DNA of 64,000 nucleotides from Fimbriimonadia bacterium (GTDB lineage Bacteria > Armatimonadota > Fimbriimonadia > Fimbriimonadales > JABRVX01), in assembly GCA_041483895.1 (NCBI GenBank), contig JBGPGO010000014.1, positions 1 to 64,000 on the forward strand, read 5' to 3'. The translations under genes were made by a program, and so were the position numbers. The notes under the pieces were generated by a model, which worked only from the letters and a program-made list of their open reading frames with translations, searched no databases and was not told the DNA's origin. Positions within the stretch are counted from its first letter, which is position 1. Every line of letters starts with the position of its first letter. This document shows positions 58,094 through 64,000 of the stretch, piece after piece.

Positions 58094-58948
58094 ATGAAAC
58101 ACGCATTCACCTTGATCGAACTCTTGGTCGTCATTGCGATCATAGCCATCTTGGCGGCGATCTTATTCCCTGTTTTCGCCAGCGCCCGCCTTCAGGCCAA
58201 GAAGACAGGCTGTCAAAGCAATTTCAACCAGATCGGCAAGGCGATGGAGATGTATAAGATCGATTGGAGTGAAAAGTATTCGCCCATCGATTACAAGCCC
58301 TGTACCGCCGCATTCTGTCATCACAATCTCGATACGGTCTGGGGACAAATGTTATATCCATACACGAAGAGCTACGAAGTCCTGGCTTGCCCGGCAGATT
58401 TCAATCAGGTCGATTCGACATACCGTATCGACCACATCAACAACCAACCCTGCCCGCCGGGAAACCGAACCTGCTATGAATTCTGGCGAGGCATGCTGAC
58501 GAATTTCGGGATAAATTCTCAATACATTGCGCCGGAGCTTGCCTACCCTGATCGCGAGTGGCCGATCAAGGACACTCGGATCGAAGCGCCCGCGAAATGC
58601 ATTTTGGCGCTCGACAGCATTTGGGAACGGAACGCCCAAACGGGAGCGCCGGAAGACGGGGGAAGCTGGTCTGTCGATCCGCCGTCGCGAATCTACAATA
58701 ACCAAGACACCTTCCCATTCCCAGGGAACAGTCCCTATTGGTTCGGCGGTTGGGAGCCGAGCCATCCGCTCGTCTGGAACGTTTACGGCGGGGTTTGGCC
58801 GTGGCACGCCGATAACGCGCAGGTGATTTTCACCGACACCCATGTCAAAGCGATGACCATCGGCCAAATCGCAGCAGGCTGCGACGTCCGCGACGGTTGG
58901 GAGGGGCCAATCACGGATCGAGAGGCATATTTGTGGGATTTGAAGTAA
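58094..58948 (+). CDS. prepilin-type protein (array copy 4)
   Basis: [13 protein letters not shown]9-DTH; WDLK; GGAGG RBS. Confidence 0.92.
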   Translation: MKHAFTLIELLVVIAIIAILAAILFPVFASARLQAKKTGCQSNFNQIGKAMEMYKIDWSEKYSPIDYKPCTAAFCHHNLDTVWGQMLYPYTKSYEVLACPADFNQVDSTYRIDHINNQPCPPGNRTCYEFWRGMLTNFGINSQYIAPELAYPDREWPIKDTRIEAPAKCILALDSIWERNAQTGAPEDGGSWSVDPPSRIYNNQDTFPFPGNSPYWFGGWEPSHPLVWNVYGGVWPWHADNAQVIFTDTHVKAMTIGQIAAGCDVRDGWEGPITDREAYLWDLK

Positions 58949-59008
58949 ATTCCCTGTATAATGCTGTGAAGCCTCAACAAGGTAGGCAAGCCATTTGGAG
59001 GTAGCACG

Positions 59009-59866
59009 ATGAAACAACGCGGTTTTACTCTCATCGAATTGCTCGTCGTCATTGCAATCATAGCCATCCTAGCCGCGATCCTCTTTCCGGTCTTCGCACA
59101 GGCCCGTAAGCAGGCAAAGAAGACCCAGGCGCTCAGCAACTTCAATCAGCTTGGCAAGGCAATGGAGATGTACAAAGGCGACAACAGCCAGAAGTACCCA
59201 CCCCTCAACTACTTGCCGGGGACTGCTGCGGGCCTGAGCGATCCCAAGAACATGGTTTGGGGCCAACTTATTCAGCCCTACACAAAGAACTGGGAAGTGT
59301 TTAGCGATCCTGGAGATGCAAACCAAATCCCAGACGTGATCGAGCGTAATCAAATCACGAACCAGAAGTGCGCAGCCAACGATCGGCATTGCAGGGAGTT
59401 CTGGCGAGGCACCCTTACGAACTTCGGCATCAATTGCCAGTACATCATGACAATGCTCGCCTATCCCGACCGAATGTGGTCCATCAAAGACAACCGGATT
59501 CAAGCGCCTTCGAAGTGCATCCTGGCAATCGACAGTATTTGGGAACGAGATCCGAGCAGCGGCAGACCGATCGGAGGTGGCAATTGGGCACTCGATCCCC
59601 CGGCTCGCGTTTACAAGGGGATAGATACCTTCGCTTTCCCGGGCAATAGCCCATATTGGTTTGGAGGGTGGACGCCTTCGAAGCCGCTCGCGTGGACGGT
59701 TTATGGCGGCGCTTGGCCATTCCACACGGATACGGCGGTTGTCATCTTCACTGACACGCATGTCAAGGCCCTTCGAGTTACTCAGCTCGCCGCCGGATGT
59801 GACGTCCGCGACGGCTGGGCAGGACAAATCTTGGACAGGGATGAATACCTGTACGATCTGCAATGA
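59009..59866 (+). CDS. prepilin-type protein (array copy 5)
   Basis: [14 protein letters not shown]9-DTH; YDLQ; GGAGGT RBS. Confidence 0.92.
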   Translation: MKQRGFTLIELLVVIAIIAILAAILFPVFAQARKQAKKTQALSNFNQLGKAMEMYKGDNSQKYPPLNYLPGTAAGLSDPKNMVWGQLIQPYTKNWEVFSDPGDANQIPDVIERNQITNQKCAANDRHCREFWRGTLTNFGINCQYIMTMLAYPDRMWSIKDNRIQAPSKCILAIDSIWERDPSSGRPIGGGNWALDPPARVYKGIDTFAFPGNSPYWFGGWTPSKPLAWTVYGGAWPFHTDTAVVIFTDTHVKALRVTQLAAGCDVRDGWAGQILDRDEYLYDLQ

Positions 59867-60744
59867 AAAACAAAAACGCATTTACACTTATCGAACTGCT
59901 CGTCGTCATCGCAATCATAGCCATTCTGGCCGCGATACTCTTTCCTGTTTTTGCACAGGCAAGGGAAAGCGCGTTCAAAACACAGTGCATCAGCAATTTC
60001 AGCCAAAGCCAACGGTCGGTGCTCATGTATGCCGACGACAACGGGAATCGCTGCGTGCCGGTCAACAGCGCCGGCTTCGGTATGCCCGGATACGGTGTGT
60101 ACACGAGCGCCGCCAACCACGACAAGCCGTGGCCGGAGACGATTCAACCGTACATGAAGAGCTGGAACGTGATCCGTTGCCCGTCGGACCGCAATGCGAA
60201 CGACAACGACCTGTCTGTGGACCTCGACGACGCGACGAAAATCCCGCCTACCGATTCGACAAAACGGCATTGGGCCTGGGGATTCCGGGCCAACGTGGGC
60301 CTGAACTTTGACTGGCTATCGTATAGCACCGCGCCGTGCTCGGCTGGCATTATGAAAAACTTCCGTCTTTCCTACGCTCCGAGTCCGGCGCGAACGATCA
60401 TGTTCACCGATTCTGTTTGGAATCGGCTTCCGGATGGTACTCCACTAGGAGGCGGTAACTGGGCGGTCGACGCCCCGGTTACGCCAAGCGATATGCGTTG
60501 CTGGCTCGGCGGCTGGCGATGCTGGATAGCGGGCAACGGCGATCCGGATTCGGCTGTCTGCAAGGCGCAATGGAATGCCTGGGGCGGCAGCTATCCTTGG
60601 CATACCGGTAAGTCGCTGTTCAACACCGCCTATATCGATGGCCACGCCAAGTCCAACCGTCTCGGCGATCTTCTCGCCGGGACCAATCCCAAGAACAATC
60701 AAATCTTGGACGCCGATCTTTGCCAGTGGGACACACTAAAGTAG
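59863..60744 (+). CDS. prepilin-type protein with H-X9-DG-like C-terminal motif (array copy 6)
   Basis: [36 protein letters not shown] coupling to copy 5. Confidence 0.92.
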   Translation: MKNKNAFTLIELLVVIAIIAILAAILFPVFAQARESAFKTQCISNFSQSQRSVLMYADDNGNRCVPVNSAGFGMPGYGVYTSAANHDKPWPETIQPYMKSWNVIRCPSDRNANDNDLSVDLDDATKIPPTDSTKRHWAWGFRANVGLNFDWLSYSTAPCSAGIMKNFRLSYAPSPARTIMFTDSVWNRLPDGTPLGGGNWAVDAPVTPSDMRCWLGGWRCWIAGNGDPDSAVCKAQWNAWGGSYPWHTGKSLFNTAYIDGHAKSNRLGDLLAGTNPKNNQILDADLCQWDTLK

Positions 60745-60746
60745 CC

Positions 60747-60947
60747 ATGAAGCGATCCTTAGACCCAAAAACGACGATCATCGTTCTTGTGCTGGCCCTG
60801 GTCGTTATCGGCGGGATAACCTGGTGGAGGGTGTCGAACAGCAAGGCCGGCGGGAGCTACGAAAAGGTGAATACCTTCCCTGAGCCGACAGACAAGTCTC
60901 TGCCTCCGTCGCCGATGCCGTCGGTTGGAAAACTCGGAAATAGATAA
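60747..60947 (+). CDS. small single-TM partner protein
   Basis: MKRSLDP + TM + Pro-rich tail; starts 2 nt after the prepilin stop. Confidence 0.78.
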   Translation: MKRSLDPKTTIIVLVLALVVIGGITWWRVSNSKAGGSYEKVNTFPEPTDKSLPPSPMPSVGKLGNR

Positions 60948-60999
60948 TCACTACCCTCCCCGCTTGCTGTTTAGACCGGGGAGGGAGGATTCTCCCAAC

Positions 61000-61212
61000 A
61001 TGCCTGATGACTCGCCCTTGCTCATGAAAGAGTTACTAACGTGGATCGCCGAGCGCCCGCGGTCGTTCGACGAAACGCGCGAGGCATGGAAGACTTCGTG
61101 TCCCCGACAATCCGTGTGGGAAGACGCTCAGATCGAAGGGCTCGTTCGGCTCCTCGACGGCCATGTGGTGCTCACTGAACTCGGGGAATCCGCGCTGAAG
61201 GAGAAACCTTAG
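61000..61212 (+). CDS. small hypothetical protein (winged-helix-like)
   Basis: GGAGG RBS; LL.WI..RPR...T..AW.TSCPR.SVWEDA...GLV....LT..G. Confidence 0.6.
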   Translation: MPDDSPLLMKELLTWIAERPRSFDETREAWKTSCPRQSVWEDAQIEGLVRLLDGHVVLTELGESALKEKP

Positions 61213-61232
61213 TACCCAGTGAAACATGCTAC

Positions 61233-62096
61233 GTGCGCCGCGGATTTACCCTGATTGAGCTTTTGGTTGTGATCGCCGTCATCGCGATCCTCGCCTCGAT
61301 TCTATTTCCAGTCTTTTTGAGCGCCCGCGATTCCGCAAAAAAGACCATCTGCCTCAGCAACATGAACCAGGGAGGCAAGGCCATCTTCCTGTATTCATCG
61401 GACAACGGCGACCGGTGCGTCCCGCCAACCTCCCATGGACTGTGCGACAGCTTCGTCGGCTCCTGGACCTCCGAATCCGATCATGACATGGCTTGGCCGG
61501 AAATCGTGCAGCGATACGCCAAGGACTGGCAGTTCTTCCGCTGCCCTTCCGACCTCGCGGCAACGGATAGCGAGATGTCGAAGGCCCCGCGCGACGAGCA
61601 GCCTATCCCGCAAGACCAGACGGCAAAGAGGCATTGGGCTTGGGCGTTTCGCAGCCACATGGGCCTCAATTACAGTTGGCTGGCATACACGTTCAAGCGA
61701 GACAAGTTCAACGCCCGATTCGGCGCCATCCCATCACAGGCCAAGACCATCTTGCTGGTCGACTCGGTCTGGAAGCGGCAAACGGATGGGACGCCGTATG
61801 GAGGCGGGTCTTGGGCGGTGGACGCGCCTGCATCGGAGGACTTCCTGGACTGCACCCGCGCCGGGTGGCGCTGCTGGACCGTTGGACCCGGAGACCCCGA
61901 TTCTCAGGAATGCCGTGCCATGTCGGGAGCATTCGGGTATGCCTACCCTTGGCACACTTCGCACCAGGTCTTCAACACGGCCTTCATCGATGGACACGTG
62001 AAATCGCTCAAATTAGCTGACCTGTTGGCCGGAACCGACCCGAAGGCTCGAATCCTGACCGATGAAGAGGCCTGTCTTTGGGACACGCGAAAGTAG
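61233..62096 (+). CDS. prepilin-type protein with H-X9-DG-like motif (array copy 7)
   Basis: [22 protein letters not shown]...FNTAFIDGHVK; closest to copy 6. Confidence 0.92.
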   Translation: MRRGFTLIELLVVIAVIAILASILFPVFLSARDSAKKTICLSNMNQGGKAIFLYSSDNGDRCVPPTSHGLCDSFVGSWTSESDHDMAWPEIVQRYAKDWQFFRCPSDLAATDSEMSKAPRDEQPIPQDQTAKRHWAWAFRSHMGLNYSWLAYTFKRDKFNARFGAIPSQAKTILLVDSVWKRQTDGTPYGGGSWAVDAPASEDFLDCTRAGWRCWTVGPGDPDSQECRAMSGAFGYAYPWHTSHQVFNTAFIDGHVKSLKLADLLAGTDPKARILTDEEACLWDTRK

Positions 62097-62118
62097 GCCG
62101 CAAAGTATACTGTTCGGC

Positions 62119-63351
62119 ATGACGAAACGAGCCCTGCTGCTGATCGGCGACGGCATGTCCGACCGTCCCTGTAAAGAACTCGGCGGGAAAACCCCCCTGC
62201 AAGCCGCCCACACCCCAAACCTCGATCGCTTGGCGACGGAAGGCATCAATGGCTTGTGCGACGTGGTTCGGCCCGGCATCCGGTGCGGGTCCGATACCGG
62301 CCATCTATCGCTCCTCGGCTATGATCCCTTTCAGGTCTATACCGGCCGCGGGCCGTTCGAAGCTCTCGGCATCGGCATGGACGTGCAAGGCGGAGACGTG
62401 GCCTTTCGCTGCAATTTCTCAACGATTGACGAAAATCGCGTGGTGACAGACCGACGTGCCGGTCGGATTACCGAAGGGACGGCGGAGCTCGCTGAGGTGA
62501 TGAACGGCAAGGTGATCGACGGAGTGACCTGCTACGTCAAAGAGTCAGTCGCCCATCGGTGCGCGCTGGTTTTGAACGGAATGGGTCTCAGTTCGAAGGT
62601 GAGCGACGTAGACCCACACGAGGAGGGCAAGCCACTGAGCGAATGTTACGCGCTCGACGGCAGCCCGGAGGGGATTCGCACGGCTCGAGTCGTGAATCAG
62701 TTTGTGGAAGTATCCATAGAGCTTCTGAAAAAGCACCGGATCAATCTAGATCGAGAGGCGCTGGGCCTGCCTGCGGCGAACTGCATCGTGCCCCGGGGCG
62801 CCGGCCAGGCGCCAAATCTGCGGCCCATCAATGAATTGCACAATGTCAATTCCGCCTGCGTTGTTGAGACCGGACTGATCCGAGGGATCGGACGATTTGT
62901 CGGCATGACGCCCTACGATGCCGTCGGTACAACAGGCGGCTTGGATTCGGACCTCGATTCAATGGGCCGTTTGCTCATCGACGTTTTGGTCCAGCATAAT
63001 TTCGTTCTGTGCAATGTCAAGGGTCCGGACCTGTGCGGGCACGACAACAATCCGGCCGAAAAAGCGCGCCAAGTGGAAAAGCTGGACGCAATGGTGGGGA
63101 TGATTCTTGAGCGATCCGGCCCCGGTCTCTATGTCGCACTCATGTCGGATCACTCGACACCGTGCGAACTGGGAGACCACAGCGGCGATCCGGTGGCGCT
63201 GACCATCTGGGGAGAAGGCGTCCGTGTCGACGCCGTCACGCGCCACGATGAGATATCCTGCGGCCCTGGTTCGCTCGGCAGACTCATCGGTAACAATGTG
63301 GTTCCGATACTTACCCAGTTCATTGAGGTCCAGGAGAAGTACGGCGCGTGA
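62119..63351 (+). CDS. apgM: 2,3-bisphosphoglycerate-independent phosphoglycerate mutase, archaeal-type ApgM
   Basis: IGDGMSDRP, TPL..A.TP.LD, GSDTGHLSLLGYDP, GRGPFEA, DRRAGRI, K.PD..GHD, SDHSTP, HSGDPV. Confidence 0.92.
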   Translation: MTKRALLLIGDGMSDRPCKELGGKTPLQAAHTPNLDRLATEGINGLCDVVRPGIRCGSDTGHLSLLGYDPFQVYTGRGPFEALGIGMDVQGGDVAFRCNFSTIDENRVVTDRRAGRITEGTAELAEVMNGKVIDGVTCYVKESVAHRCALVLNGMGLSSKVSDVDPHEEGKPLSECYALDGSPEGIRTARVVNQFVEVSIELLKKHRINLDREALGLPAANCIVPRGAGQAPNLRPINELHNVNSACVVETGLIRGIGRFVGMTPYDAVGTTGGLDSDLDSMGRLLIDVLVQHNFVLCNVKGPDLCGHDNNPAEKARQVEKLDAMVGMILERSGPGLYVALMSDHSTPCELGDHSGDPVALTIWGEGVRVDAVTRHDEISCGPGSLGRLIGNNVVPILTQFIEVQEKYGA

Positions 63352-64000
63352 ACTCCTGCCTGATCGTGGGGGCCGGTAGTTGGGGGACCGCCTTGGCTCT
63401 CTCCTTGGGCCGGAAGGGGATCCCGGTCGCGCTGCATGGCAGGGACAAGGCGGCGATCGAGAGGCTCCGCGAGCGGCGGGAAAACGAGCGCTATCTGCCG
63501 GGGCATCTCCTCCCGGAAAGCGTTGTACCGTTCAGCGACCTGCAGGCAGCGGAGGAGGGTCGCGATCTCGCCGTGTTGGCCGTTCCAAGTTCCGGCGTAC
63601 GCGAGGCGCTACAGCAGGCAAAGGCAGTGGCGAAACTTGCGGAAATGCCTTGGTTGATGGCTGCGAAGGGCTTGGAACCGGAATCCGGAATGCGGATGAC
63701 CGAGATCGGCTTCGAAGTCCTGGGATCGAACGCGAAGATGGCTGCGCTTTCGGGACCAAATCTTGCGAAAGAGATGGCGCTGGAGTTCCCGACCGCAACG
63801 GTGATCGCATCCCAAGACGAGACGCTTGCCGAGGAAATCCAGGCGCTCTTCCTCTCTCCGGCCTTGCGTGTCTACACCTCTTCCGATGTCGTCGGAGTCG
63901 AGCTAGGTGGAGCGCTCAAGAATGTTTTGGCGATCGCCGGCGGGGTCAGCGACGGGCTCGGGTTCGGAGATAACACGAAGGCCGCGCTGATGACCCGCGG
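63348..64000 (+). CDS. gpsA: NAD(P)H-dependent glycerol-3-phosphate dehydrogenase (partial, runs off the window)
   Basis: Manual translation from GTG: VGAGSWGTALA, N.RYLPG, AVPS, KGLE, LSGPNLA.E, D..GVELGGALKNVLAIAAG, GDNTKAAL.TR. Confidence 0.93.
   Translation, partial: MNSCLIVGAGSWGTALALSLGRKGIPVALHGRDKAAIERLRERRENERYLPGHLLPESVVPFSDLQAAEEGRDLAVLAVPSSGVREALQQAKAVAKLAEMPWLMAAKGLEPESGMRMTEIGFEVLGSNAKMAALSGPNLAKEMALEFPTATVIASQDETLAEEIQALFLSPALRVYTSSDVVGVELGGALKNVLAIAGGVSDGLGFGDNTKAALMTR

Noticed and set aside
53658..62096. Diversity-generating retroelement or shufflon acting on the pilins
   Set aside because: No reverse transcriptase or adjacent invertase; all copies are co-oriented; pseudogene-versus-58094 differences are not adenine-specific

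Overview
GC-rich bacterial chromosomal segment. It is most likely Armatimonadota/Fimbriimonadia-like, inferred from the prepilin-gene expansion and the C-terminal domain of the S8 protease. Most of the window is housekeeping and sugar catabolism: GH127, P1B ATPase, fabD, rhaEW-lutABC, acnA, trmFO-xerC-hslV, secDF, GH172-like, corA, terC, der, glycosyltransferases, asnS, xylB, tRNA-Gly, greA, apgM and a partial gpsA. The most striking element is an ~8.4 kb array (53.6-62.1 kb) of seven intact prepilin-type (class III signal; H-X9-DG-like) genes plus one frameshifted copy. These are interleaved with four tiny single-TM Pro/Gly-rich partner genes, and a ~220 bp leader is duplicated, indicating ongoing tandem duplication and diversification. 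Other notable items: a stand-alone SecD periplasmic-domain paralog next to secDF, three tandem Zn-ribbon/DUF2007-like genes, several families of REP-like palindromes, a 15-bp tandem repeat inserted in frame in GH127, hslV without hslU, and many apparently leaderless genes. No CRISPR, prophage or transposase was seen. All calls come from reading motifs by eye; no database searches were run.
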